From a phage, in NCBI GenBank assembly GCA_022897995.1, contig GCA_022897995.1_4763.1: 64,000 nucleotides of DNA; one strand, written 5' to 3'. Shown here piece by piece: positions 37,181 through 45,984 of the stretch (positions within the stretch are counted from its first letter, which is position 1; each line of letters starts with the position of its first letter). The notes under the pieces are model-generated. The model did not search any database and was not told the DNA's origin. It was given only the letters and a program-made list of their open reading frames with translations. The position numbers were made by a program, and so were the translations under genes.

Positions 37181-38384
37181 TGTTCTTGATAATGGCTGGC
37201 CTCGTGAAGACCGCACGGGGGTAGGTACGCTCTCTAAATTCGGCGCAGAGATGCGAATTGATTTAAGCAAGGGTTTCCCATTACTGACCACTAAAAAGAT
37301 GGCTACAGCCTCTGTAATTGGCGAATTGCTATGGTTTATGGAGGGATCACTTGACCGCCGTCGCTTACAGGAAATTACACGCGGTCAGTTTGACGAAGAA
37401 GCCTTCGACATTTGGCGTGGCAACTGTCTTGATATGAAAGAAAAGAATCCTTTGCGATTCAATGGTTATAATGTCGGCAATATGTATGGTATGGCGTGGC
37501 GACGCAAACCGATTCATCCACACGGTGAAATCAAAATTAAGCGCGTTAAGAGCAAATATACACATACATTTAAGCACCCGTGGGTAGAAGACTTTACGCC
37601 AACCAATGAAACAGAAGACCGTTTATGTGCTATCTGGCGTGGTATGCGTTATGAAGAGTTTGATTCTGAATATAATCTATTCTTAATAGCAGACCACTGG
37701 AAGACTCAATCTAATTTTGTTAATGATGCATATTGCTTGTGGGGATTCCAGGAATGGGTAGATGATGGTTATTTCGGTTATCTGCTTGATAGTGATTATC
37801 TGGGAGGGGATATTTTAGCGCCAGATACCACGATCTTTGCTAGTATGGACGTAGACACATCGAGCACTAAAGACGATGAAGAATATGTCTATCGCCCGAA
37901 GATTTGGGAAGACCAGTTACAAAACGTGATTGAACAAATTAAAAACAATCCAACGGATCGACGTATCATCATTGACTCATGGAACGTACAAGGAACACAT
38001 AATGCTGTATTGGGTGTATGTCATCCGTTCGTACAATTCTATGTCAATGAAGGTAAACTGTCTTGTATGTGGTTTCAGCGAAGCGTAGACAGCTTTTTGG
38101 GCTTGCCCTTTAACGTCGCCAGCTATGCGCTGTTAACTCACATCATAGCGAAAATGTGTGATCTTGAGGTAGGGGAACTGATTTTCTCTGGTGGAGATAC
38201 TCACATTTACAAAAACCATTTTGATCAAGTTATGGAACAGTTAAGCCGTGTTCCTTTTGATAAACCAACAATTGAGTTGCCGGAATTTAAATCTTTAGAT
38301 GAGGTATTGACAAAGACTCCGAAAGACTTTAAAATTCACAACTATCAAAGCCATCCAGCAATCACCGCTCAAATGGCAGTATAA
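37152..38384 (+). CDS. td: Thymidylate synthase (td) with large in-frame insertion
   Basis: 410 aa; N-terminal (DRTGVGT, FPLLTTKK) and C-terminal (DRRIIIDSWN, CHPFVQFYV, QRSVDSFLGLPFNVASYALLTHI, SGGDTHIY) ThyA blocks; about 130 aa between WRRK and IWEDQL has no ThyA counterpart. Confidence 0.85.
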   Translation: MKEYLKLLRDVLDNGWPREDRTGVGTLSKFGAEMRIDLSKGFPLLTTKKMATASVIGELLWFMEGSLDRRRLQEITRGQFDEEAFDIWRGNCLDMKEKNPLRFNGYNVGNMYGMAWRRKPIHPHGEIKIKRVKSKYTHTFKHPWVEDFTPTNETEDRLCAIWRGMRYEEFDSEYNLFLIADHWKTQSNFVNDAYCLWGFQEWVDDGYFGYLLDSDYLGGDILAPDTTIFASMDVDTSSTKDDEEYVYRPKIWEDQLQNVIEQIKNNPTDRRIIIDSWNVQGTHNAVLGVCHPFVQFYVNEGKLSCMWFQRSVDSFLGLPFNVASYALLTHIIAKMCDLEVGELIFSGGDTHIYKNHFDQVMEQLSRVPFDKPTIELPEFKSLDEVLTKTPKDFKIHNYQSHPAITAQMAV

Positions 38385-38452
38385 ACAAAGGGGGCGAAAG
38401 CCCCCAATATGGAGGATAAACTTGTTCCTGCTAAAATATGAAGTGAGGTAAT

Positions 38453-40696
38453 ATGATTAAAAATGTTGTTAAGTCTTCCGGTCTGACTGTTCCGTTTGAA
38501 AAAGAAAAAGTAATGAAAATTCTGGAAGCGGCAGCCGAAGGTCATAACGTTGATCCATATGAATTGTTTGATATGGTTGAACCACTTCTGACAGAAGGTA
38601 TGTCTACCAATGATATCCAGAAAGTATTGATTAAGGTCGCCGCAGATAACATTACTGTAGAAACACCTGATTATCAATATGTAGCAAGTAACCTTGCAAT
38701 GTTCGCGCTTCGTAAATCAGTATACGGTCAATTCCAACCTATTGATTTTTATAGCCATATTGAGCGTAATATTGCAACCGGAAAATATGATCGCGAAATT
38801 CTGCAAAAGTATTCCCGCGAAGAAGTGGAATATCTGGAGAAATTCATCGACCATAAACTTGATTTTAAAATGACCTATGCTGGTGCGATGCAGTTAAAAG
38901 AGAAATATCTTGTTCAGGATCGCAGCACTAAGAAAATCATTGAAACACCGCAATTTGCGTATATGCTGATCGGTATGTGCTTGCATCAAGAAGAGACAGA
39001 AAATCGACTTGAACATGTGATTGATTTTTATAATGCTGTTGCGAATAAGCAAATCTCTCTTCCTACTCCGATTATGGCGGGTGTGCGTACTCCAACACGA
39101 CAATTTAGTTCGTGTGTGGTGATTGAAAGTGATGACTCATTGCAGGGTATTAATGAAACCGCAAATGCAATCATCAAGTATATTAGCAAGCGTGCTGGTA
39201 TCGGTATCAACGCTGGCATGATTCGCGCGGAAGGATCTAAGATCGGGCATGGTGAAGTTCGTCATACTGGTGTTATCCCATTCTGGAAGCATTTTCAGAC
39301 TGCCGTTAAGTCATGCTCACAAGGCGGTATTCGTGGCGGGGCAGCGACTCTCTATTACCCAATGTGGCATTTAGAATTTGAAAGTCTTATTGTGTTGAAG
39401 AATAACAAAGGGGTAGAAGACAACCGCATTCGCCATCTTGATTACGGCGTACAGATTAATAACCTGATGGTAGAGCGATTCCTTAAACGGGATTACATTA
39501 CTCTGTTTAGTCCAGATGTTGCGGGTGGCTTGTTGTGGGATCTGTACTTCCGAGATGAGGAAGGTTTCCGCCAGCTTTACGAAAAACTGGAAAAAGATCC
39601 GAGTGTTCGTAAAACTCGTGTTAAAGCCGAAGACCTATTTTTAGCGGTGGCAATTGAACGTTTTAACACTGGTCGAATCTATCCGGCGTTCACAGACAAC
39701 ATGAACAATCACGGGGCGTTTATTCGCAATGTAGCACCGATTAAACAATCTAACCTGTGTTGTGAAATTGCACTTCCTACTAAACCGATGGGTCGTGATG
39801 ATTCAGAGATCAGCCTATGTACTTTGGCAGCATATGTTTTAGGTAATTTCGATATCGAAAATATGGAAGAAGTAGAACGCATTGCTATGGTTATGGTGCG
39901 TGCACTTGACAACCTGTTAGATTATCAGGATTATCCTGTAGAACAAGCTCTGACAGCCAAAAAACGTCGCTCTCTGGGTGTTGGTGTGACTAACTTTGCA
40001 TCATATCTGGCGGATAATTTCTTCACATATGAAGACGCTAACGAGTTTACGCATAAAACGTTTGAACGCTTGCAATATGCTCTGATTAAGGCTAGTGTGC
40101 AACTGGCTAAAGAGAAGGGTGCTTGCGAACTGATGCACGAAACACGTTATGGACGCGGTGAACTGCCTATCGACTGGTACAAAAAGACAGTAGATGAACT
40201 GGTTGATCCGGTGTATGAGATGGATTGGGAAGAACTGCGCGAAGACCTGAAAAAATATGGCATTCGTAACAGTACGCTTTCGGCGCTGATGCCTTGTGAG
40301 TCGTCTTCTCAGGTGTCTAACAGCACAAACGGTATTGAACCGCCTCGCGGGATTGTATCGGTTAAAGGATCGAAAGAAGGGCAATTTAATCAGGTTATTC
40401 CGAACGTAGAGAATAATGCTGATGTTATTGACTTGCTTTGGACACTGATCAAGAAAGGTAACAAGCCTTATCTGACACTGGCAGCGATCATGCAGAAGTT
40501 TGTCGATCAGGCGATTAGTTCCAATACATCCTACGATCCAAGCACTTATAAGACTGGTAAAGTCGATATTGCTGATGTATTAGATGATATGTTGTTTGCT
40601 CAATATTACGGCCTCAAGACACTGTATTACGCTAACGTGCGTGATGGTGCTGATGGTACGGAAGACGCTAGCGAATGTTCATCTTGCAAACTGTAA
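38453..40696 (+). CDS. nrdA: Ribonucleotide reductase large subunit NrdA
   Basis: 747 aa; ATP-cone N-terminus, class I RNR blocks (PDYQYVASNLAMFALRK, SNLCCEI, C-terminal CxxC); no intron. Confidence 0.9.
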   Translation: MIKNVVKSSGLTVPFEKEKVMKILEAAAEGHNVDPYELFDMVEPLLTEGMSTNDIQKVLIKVAADNITVETPDYQYVASNLAMFALRKSVYGQFQPIDFYSHIERNIATGKYDREILQKYSREEVEYLEKFIDHKLDFKMTYAGAMQLKEKYLVQDRSTKKIIETPQFAYMLIGMCLHQEETENRLEHVIDFYNAVANKQISLPTPIMAGVRTPTRQFSSCVVIESDDSLQGINETANAIIKYISKRAGIGINAGMIRAEGSKIGHGEVRHTGVIPFWKHFQTAVKSCSQGGIRGGAATLYYPMWHLEFESLIVLKNNKGVEDNRIRHLDYGVQINNLMVERFLKRDYITLFSPDVAGGLLWDLYFRDEEGFRQLYEKLEKDPSVRKTRVKAEDLFLAVAIERFNTGRIYPAFTDNMNNHGAFIRNVAPIKQSNLCCEIALPTKPMGRDDSEISLCTLAAYVLGNFDIENMEEVERIAMVMVRALDNLLDYQDYPVEQALTAKKRRSLGVGVTNFASYLADNFFTYEDANEFTHKTFERLQYALIKASVQLAKEKGACELMHETRYGRGELPIDWYKKTVDELVDPVYEMDWEELREDLKKYGIRNSTLSALMPCESSSQVSNSTNGIEPPRGIVSVKGSKEGQFNQVIPNVENNADVIDLLWTLIKKGNKPYLTLAAIMQKFVDQAISSNTSYDPSTYKTGKVDIADVLDDMLFAQYYGLKTLYYANVRDGADGTEDASECSSCKL

Positions 40697-40706
40697 AAAA
40701 TAAGTG

Positions 40707-40766
40707 TTGACGCGGGGAGAAATCCCCGCTATAATTCAACCATCAAAAACAAGTGAGGATTTTATT
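40707..40766 (+). promoter_or_regulatory. PeSL-like promoter cassette
   Basis: TTGACG 40707-40712; GCGGGGA-gaaa-TCCCCGC stem 40712-40729; TATAAT 40730-40735. Confidence 0.55.
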
Positions 40767-40934
40767 ATGACCAAATTAAAATGTGTTGCTGTAGATTTTG
40801 AGCTAGCTGATAGCTTTGTTGTCGGTGATGAATATGATGCTCGACATGATGGGGCTTGCTACTACGTTGAGGATGAATACGGCGTAGAATGGGCTATTCT
40901 TCCTGATGATAAATGCTTTGAGGTTGTCGAATAA
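40767..40934 (+). CDS. Small acidic hypothetical protein (55 aa)
   Basis: ATG 40767 with GTGAGGAttttattATG context downstream of cassette. Confidence 0.3.
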   Translation: MTKLKCVAVDFELADSFVVGDEYDARHDGACYYVEDEYGVEWAILPDDKCFEVVE

Positions 40935-41107
40935 TGGCTACTGTATGGTTATTGATTGCAATCAGCAATTCAATGTATAATTACGGAAATATGTCAAGCA
41001 TTGAATTTGCAACAAAGCAGGATTGCGTTAAAGCTCGCGAGATTATCCGCGAAGACAATAAACGCTTTATGAATCTGTACTGTGTTGAAAAGCAGAAGGT
41101 GAACTAA
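40934..41107 (+). CDS. Small protein, tandem paralog 1 (57 aa)
   Basis: MATVWLLIAISNS... hydrophobic N-terminus, two Cys; TAATG overlaps on both sides; below track cutoff. Confidence 0.35.
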   Translation: MATVWLLIAISNSMYNYGNMSSIEFATKQDCVKAREIIREDNKRFMNLYCVEKQKVN

Positions 41108-41274
41108 TGGCTACAATATGGTTATTGCTTTCCGTTAGCGTAGGCTCATATAATAAAGGAACTGTTACCAGCGTGGAGTTTTCATCACATCAAAGTTGTT
41201 TTGAAGCCGTGCAGGAATTGCAACAGGATAACGAAATAAAAAGAAATACTAAGTTCTTTTGTGTTAAAAAGTGA
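41107..41274 (+). CDS. Small protein, tandem paralog 2 (55 aa)
   Basis: MATIWLLLSVSVGS... same architecture as paralog 1. Confidence 0.35.
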   Translation: MATIWLLLSVSVGSYNKGTVTSVEFSSHQSCFEAVQELQQDNEIKRNTKFFCVKK

Positions 41275-41289
41275 TAGTGAGGTGAATTA

Positions 41290-42450
41290 ATGAGCGTATT
41301 TAACCGCGAACATGTTGATATTATGAACGAACCGATGTTTCTGGGTAGTGGGTTGGGTATCGCTCGCTATGATATTCAGCGTCATCAAGTATTTGAAGAA
41401 CTGATCGAAAAGCAATTGTCATTTTTCTGGCGTCCAGAAGAGATTTCACTTGCAACCGACCGCATACAATATCTTAATATGGGTGACGTTGAAAAGCGTT
41501 TCTTTACCGAAAACTTGAAGTATCAGACATTACTTGATTCTATTCAAGGTCGCGCACCGTCCGCAGCATTTGGTCCAATTGTATCTGATCCAACTCTCGA
41601 TACATGGTTGCAAACATGGACATTCAGCGAAACGATTCATAGCCGAAGCTATACACACATTATGCGTAACTGTTTCATTGACCCGGCTAGTGAGTTTGAC
41701 CAGATCATCGATAACCCCGCTATCATGAAGCGAGCGGAATCTATCGGGCAATATTATGATGATGTTCTTTATTGGATTCGTAAGTATGAGAATGCAAAAG
41801 AAGATCTCCGCTATTGGGAAGAACGAGACGACCAGACAGCATTAAATGATGCAAGAATATTTTTTGAAGATACAAAACGAGATCTGATGGCTTCGATTTA
41901 TCTGTGTGCACACTGCGTCAATGCACTGGAAGCAATCCGCTTTTATGTGTCCTTTGCATGTACTTTCAGCTTTGCCGAACGTGGTTTACTGGAAGGTAAC
42001 GCGAAGATCATGAAATTTATTGCGCGTGATGAACAACTTCATTTAAAAGGCACACAATACATTATTCGTCAATGGCAAACAGGGGCTGATGGTGATGAGT
42101 GGAAACAGATTGCGGAAGAACTTGAAGACGAAGCAACGAAAATCTTTCTGGATGTTGTCGAGCAAGAGAAAGAATGGGTAGATCACTTATTCGCAATGGG
42201 GGCAATTCCTAATCTGTCACCGGAAATTCTGAAAACCTATGTAGAATACCTGGCCGATTCCCGTATGCGTGCTGCCGGACTGAAAAGCCCGTTTAGTGTT
42301 CGTCGTCATCCGTTACCGTGGATGCGTAAATGGTTGAACTCTGACGAAGTACAGAATGCAGCGCAGGAAGTAGAGATTATGTATCTGGTATCTCAGGTTA
42401 ATACCGATTTAACAGACGATGACTACAACCGATTCGGGAAATATCTATGA
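41290..42450 (+). CDS. nrdB: Ribonucleotide reductase small subunit NrdB
   Basis: 386 aa; di-iron/tyrosyl radical fold blocks; uninterrupted (no intron). Confidence 0.9.
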   Translation: MSVFNREHVDIMNEPMFLGSGLGIARYDIQRHQVFEELIEKQLSFFWRPEEISLATDRIQYLNMGDVEKRFFTENLKYQTLLDSIQGRAPSAAFGPIVSDPTLDTWLQTWTFSETIHSRSYTHIMRNCFIDPASEFDQIIDNPAIMKRAESIGQYYDDVLYWIRKYENAKEDLRYWEERDDQTALNDARIFFEDTKRDLMASIYLCAHCVNALEAIRFYVSFACTFSFAERGLLEGNAKIMKFIARDEQLHLKGTQYIIRQWQTGADGDEWKQIAEELEDEATKIFLDVVEQEKEWVDHLFAMGAIPNLSPEILKTYVEYLADSRMRAAGLKSPFSVRRHPLPWMRKWLNSDEVQNAAQEVEIMYLVSQVNTDLTDDDYNRFGKYL

Positions 42451-42923
42451 TATATTTTGTCGATTTAGATTTTACGATCACAGATCCAACACATCGACTA
42501 GCAAAGATGCCAACCGAAAATCTTGATAAAGTCGAGTCATGGATCGAATATAACAAGGCATGTGGGGGAGATTCCCCCATTTACGATGTAATTCGTGTTA
42601 TTAATGCCCTTTCCGACAACGGGCATTTGATTTACATCCTCACCGGACGAAGTTCACATGCTTACATGGAAACGGTGGAATGGTTGATCGCTAATGATGT
42701 GTGTTTCGATAAAATCTTTATGAGAGGTCGCAATGATTCCCGTAAAGACTATCACATCAAATTAGAGGTAATTAAATCCTTTGATAAAGATGAAGTGGTG
42801 GGAGTATTCGAAGATAACCCAGAAGTGATTAAAGTTCTCCGAGAAAACGGCTATCGTGTCTTTGACGTAGGAAATCACAAAGATAAGACGCGAGCGGATA
42901 TTGCAAATCACGGTCATGATTAA
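42447..42923 (+). CDS. HAD-superfamily phosphatase-like protein
   Basis: 158 aa; N-terminal VDLDFTITD (DxDxT), later ILTGR and C-terminal Asp; resembles the phosphatase domain of polynucleotide kinase. Confidence 0.5.
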   Translation: MIYFVDLDFTITDPTHRLAKMPTENLDKVESWIEYNKACGGDSPIYDVIRVINALSDNGHLIYILTGRSSHAYMETVEWLIANDVCFDKIFMRGRNDSRKDYHIKLEVIKSFDKDEVVGVFEDNPEVIKVLRENGYRVFDVGNHKDKTRADIANHGHD

Positions 42924-42934
42924 TGTTTGTTCAA

Positions 42935-42960
42935 AGTCGCCCATAGTGGCGACTTTTTTG
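42935..42960 (+). terminator. Rho-independent terminator
   Basis: AGTCGCC-catagt-GGCGACT followed by TTTTTTG. Confidence 0.6.
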
Positions 42961-42970
42961 TTATTGGGTG

Positions 42971-43023
42971 TTGACAATCGGATCTTGCCATAGCATAATA
43001 CCCCCATCGAAACGGAGGAACAT
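42971..43023 (+). promoter_or_regulatory. Early promoter cassette (degenerate stem)
   Basis: TTGACA 42971-42976, 17 nt spacer, CATAAT 42994-42999, leader acccccatcgaaacggagga. Confidence 0.5.
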
Positions 43024-43242
43024 ATGGAAACAGAAGAACAAGTCATTGCATATTTTCATCGTAAAAAGATGAAACTTAGAATCGAAAAACAGTACATCAA
43101 TCACTATATTGACCGAGTCCACTTAACAAGTACACCTTACCTATTCCGGTTGATAAACCCTCGAAAACGGTGGGATAAGTTGGATAGAAACACAAAAATA
43201 ATTGATAAGCTCACCCAATGGTGGAATGAATACAACAAGTAA
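43024..43242 (+). CDS. Hypothetical protein
   Basis: 72 aa ORF downstream of cassette. Confidence 0.35.
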   Translation: METEEQVIAYFHRKKMKLRIEKQYINHYIDRVHLTSTPYLFRLINPRKRWDKLDRNTKIIDKLTQWWNEYNK

Positions 43243-43249
43243 AAAGTAG

Positions 43250-43311
43250 TTGACACTGAATAACGGGGGTAGTAATATACCCCCATCGAAAAGAAACAAA
43301 GGAGAATCAAA
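43250..43311 (+). promoter_or_regulatory. PeSL-like promoter cassette
   Basis: TTGACA 43250-43255; GGGGGTA/TACCCCC stem 43265-43284 with TAATAT in loop. Confidence 0.55.
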
Positions 43312-43530
43312 ATGAAATTTACTTGCACCGACTCTATCAGCAAACACTTTGTAGTAGGCGAAGTATACGAATCTACTACCATTCGCCAGCGTGACCTGAT
43401 GGGTCGCCTTTACAATCAGCCAATATTCATTATTGGCGAAGAATTGTTCTACATTGAAAACCGTCCGTGGGTTGCTTTCAATAAACGAGGGCGCAAGGTA
43501 GCAAAATTCGAACTTGTCATTAAAAAGTAG
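43312..43530 (+). CDS. Hypothetical protein
   Basis: 72 aa ORF downstream of cassette. Confidence 0.35.
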   Translation: MKFTCTDSISKHFVVGEVYESTTIRQRDLMGRLYNQPIFIIGEELFYIENRPWVAFNKRGRKVAKFELVIKK

Positions 43531-43600
43531 TTGACAGCATGAAACGGGGGTAGTAATATACCCCCATCGAAACGAAACTAACTTACTAAGGAGTATCAAG
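43531..43600 (+). promoter_or_regulatory. PeSL-like promoter cassette (near-duplicate of 43250-43311)
   Basis: TTGACA 43531-43536; GGGGGTA/TACCCCC stem 43546-43565. Confidence 0.55.
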
Positions 43601-43999
43601 ATGATTAAATTTCAAACTCGCAAAGACGTTCTGGACTTCGTTAAAGTTTTCGGTTACGCTGCATTGCAACATGCAATGGACAAAATGACCATCTCCCCAG
43701 ATCAGACTATGCTGATCCGTATGGTTAAAGCAACCGCCTACAAAAACGACATTACCCTCTCAGAAATCAACGACGGCAATACTGTCCGCGAGGTAATTGT
43801 TTCTTTCGAATCACCGAAAATTGGCGGTTTTCATACCACGATGTTAGGTGAAATCACTGTCACTGTATACGGGCAAGGTGGCGGAGTGTTTACCGTCAAA
43901 GAAGCAATGGAAAACGGAACACTGAACAAAGAAAAACTGGAATTTGTCCTGAAAATCATCAAGGAGCGTAACGAAGCTCGCGATATTCTGGAAAGTTAA
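43601..43999 (+). CDS. Hypothetical protein
   Basis: 132 aa ORF with RBS AAGGAG. Confidence 0.4.
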   Translation: MIKFQTRKDVLDFVKVFGYAALQHAMDKMTISPDQTMLIRMVKATAYKNDITLSEINDGNTVREVIVSFESPKIGGFHTTMLGEITVTVYGQGGGVFTVKEAMENGTLNKEKLEFVLKIIKERNEARDILES

Positions 44000-44006
44000 T
44001 AAGGTG

Positions 44007-44031
44007 GGCGGGAGAAATCCCGCCTTTGTTG
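44007..44031 (+). terminator. Rho-independent terminator-like hairpin
   Basis: GGCGGGA-gaaa-TCCCGCC followed by TTTGTTG. Confidence 0.45.
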
Positions 44032-44049
44032 TGACGTGAGGAAAGGATA

Positions 44050-44513
44050 ATGATTAATGAGCTAATAGAAAACTATGGATTCGTTAAATATTCATGTTTA
44101 GAGTGTAAAGATGGTGATGTGATTCTACCGCCTCAGAAGAACCGTTTAAATGTTCTTTACGCTATTGTGGTTGATGATGAACTGGTATATATATTGGTCA
44201 GACTGTTAATCTCAGAAAGCGGATCAATTATTACCGGACTAGCATTAACAGACAGACACCAACGGCGGATACTCGCAAGAGTAAGAATATTCATAAGGCG
44301 CTAGAGGAAGGGAAGACAGTAACATTCTATTACCGCCAGTGCTTTGAGTTATATATTGAGAATCCAACGGGTAAAGATATTATAAGCACTGCCGATATCG
44401 AAGAACCTGTTTTGATCACCAAATTTAAACCAGAATGGAACACAAATTATGTCAACAAAAGAAAACAACAAAAAAGTTTTAGCATTGTTCAAAAATCTGA
44501 TGGCACTATGTGA
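44050..44513 (+). pseudogene. denA: Endonuclease II (DenA)-like GIY-YIG nuclease gene interrupted by a frameshift in a (TA)4 tract
   Basis: Frame from ATG 44050 gives ...NVLYAIVVDDELVYI then stops at 44304; the +2 frame from 44190 continues YIGQTVNLRKRINYYR...FELYIENP to TGA 44511-44513; joint is tatatata at 44186-44193. Confidence 0.5.
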
Positions 44514-45618
44514 CGGATCTGATACGTTCTATTACAAAGATGAAATTACGGCGATGCAAACCCGTATGCGCATTTTTAGCTATCTGTACTTGAGCAAACC
44601 GGAAATGTGGAATAAACCAGATGCGTTAGAGTGTCGCGGGATCATGTTTGAAATCGATGATAAAGACCGACCAGTCCGCATTGCATCTCGTCCTATGGAG
44701 AAGTTTTTTAATTTAGGCGAGAATGACCGCGCTCGCTTTAAGCCGGAAGAGGTGGAAATGGTCATGGACAAAATGGACGGTAGTCTAGTAAGCACATACA
44801 TTGATAACGGCTATGTTCAGTTGAAGTCTAAAGCGGCATTGTACTCAAGCCAGGCAGAGAGAGCAAACGGTCTTCTGTATTCAGAGAAGTATGCGGAACT
44901 ACGTGCTAAGATCGCCGATATTGGATCTGATTATACTTTCAACTTTGAATATACAGCACCAAGCAACCGAATTGTTGTAGAATACAACGAACCGTCGCTG
45001 ACACTTCTGAATGTACGCCATAACGTCACAGGAGAGTATGTACCGCATCAAATTATATTCTCCGATGCAATCCTGCGTCCTCATTTGGTAAATGCGTTAC
45101 AGGTTGATTCAGCGCGTTTTAGCAATATTCTTGATGAAGTTCGGGTAGCGGAAGGTATCGAGGGAATTGTTGCACGAACCAAAGACGGTCAGATGTTCAA
45201 GGTGAAAAGTGAATGGTATATTGGTGTGCATAACATTAAAAACACATCGATGTTTCCTAATAACCTGATCTACTATGTAGTAGAAAGCGAAACCGATGAT
45301 TTGCGTGCTGCATATGAAGGTGAACCGGAAGCACTGGAACGAATCGAGCTATTCGAGGAAGCATTCAGGTCTATTCTTCGCAATGCCTTCACGACAGCAA
45401 CAGAATTTTATAACACACACGCGGGAGAAGACAGAAAGACATATGCATCCAATGCGACTATCGAATCACGTAAACATGGTGATGCACAAGCATATATTTT
45501 CATGTGTCTGATGATTGCATTTGATGGTCTTGATTATGACCGTATTCTGGCTTCAATGAAAACTTACTATATACGGAATTATAAGAAACTGATTCCGGCT
45601 GATAAGATTGATTGGTAA
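44449..45618 (+). CDS. rnlA: RNA ligase 1 (T4 gp63/RnlA homolog)
   Basis: 389 aa; ALECRGIMFE, RIASRPMEKFFNLGEN, KxDG ligase motif (DKMDGSLVS), RKTYAS; matches T4 Rnl1. Confidence 0.85.
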   Translation: MSTKENNKKVLALFKNLMALCDGSDTFYYKDEITAMQTRMRIFSYLYLSKPEMWNKPDALECRGIMFEIDDKDRPVRIASRPMEKFFNLGENDRARFKPEEVEMVMDKMDGSLVSTYIDNGYVQLKSKAALYSSQAERANGLLYSEKYAELRAKIADIGSDYTFNFEYTAPSNRIVVEYNEPSLTLLNVRHNVTGEYVPHQIIFSDAILRPHLVNALQVDSARFSNILDEVRVAEGIEGIVARTKDGQMFKVKSEWYIGVHNIKNTSMFPNNLIYYVVESETDDLRAAYEGEPEALERIELFEEAFRSILRNAFTTATEFYNTHAGEDRKTYASNATIESRKHGDAQAYIFMCLMIAFDGLDYDRILASMKTYYIRNYKKLIPADKIDW

Positions 45619-45624
45619 TAATAA

Positions 45625-45650
45625 GCGGGGCTTGCCCCGCCTTTTGTCGT
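45625..45650 (+). terminator. Terminator-like hairpin after RNA ligase
   Basis: GCGGGG-cttg-CCCCGC followed by CTTTTGT. Confidence 0.45.
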
Positions 45651-45660
45651 TGGGGGTAAT

Positions 45661-45984
45661 ATGTCAAAGCTGATATACATTGTTATCATATCTGTGTTGT
45701 TGGGGGTAGGTGGCAATATGTGGTGGGAAAATAAAAAGGAGGTGGACCGATTAAATCAGGAATTTACAGAGTATAAGAAAAAGACAGATGAGAAGATGAA
45801 GATTGTAGACTCTCTACAAAAGGAGATGTACGGGATAAGAACTAAGTTTGCGGAAGAACAAAACAAAGCAATGAAAGACGCTACACGAGGATATGTAGTA
45901 GCACAAAAACCTAAGTTGGTAGAGAAACAGCTTAATGATTCATTTAAGGAGTTTACCGAAGAATTAAAGGAGGCTACTAAATGA
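45661..45984 (+). CDS. Putative i-spanin (inner-membrane spanin subunit)
   Basis: 107 aa; N-terminal TM LIYIVIISVLLGVGG then coiled-coil; position matches T4 pseT.3. Confidence 0.5.
   Translation: MSKLIYIVIISVLLGVGGNMWWENKKEVDRLNQEFTEYKKKTDEKMKIVDSLQKEMYGIRTKFAEEQNKAMKDATRGYVVAQKPKLVEKQLNDSFKEFTEELKEATK

Noticed and set aside
37506-37901. td insertion as an intein or group I intron
   Set aside because: The reading frame is continuous with no stops (not an intron), and the insert lacks intein boundary residues and Hint blocks
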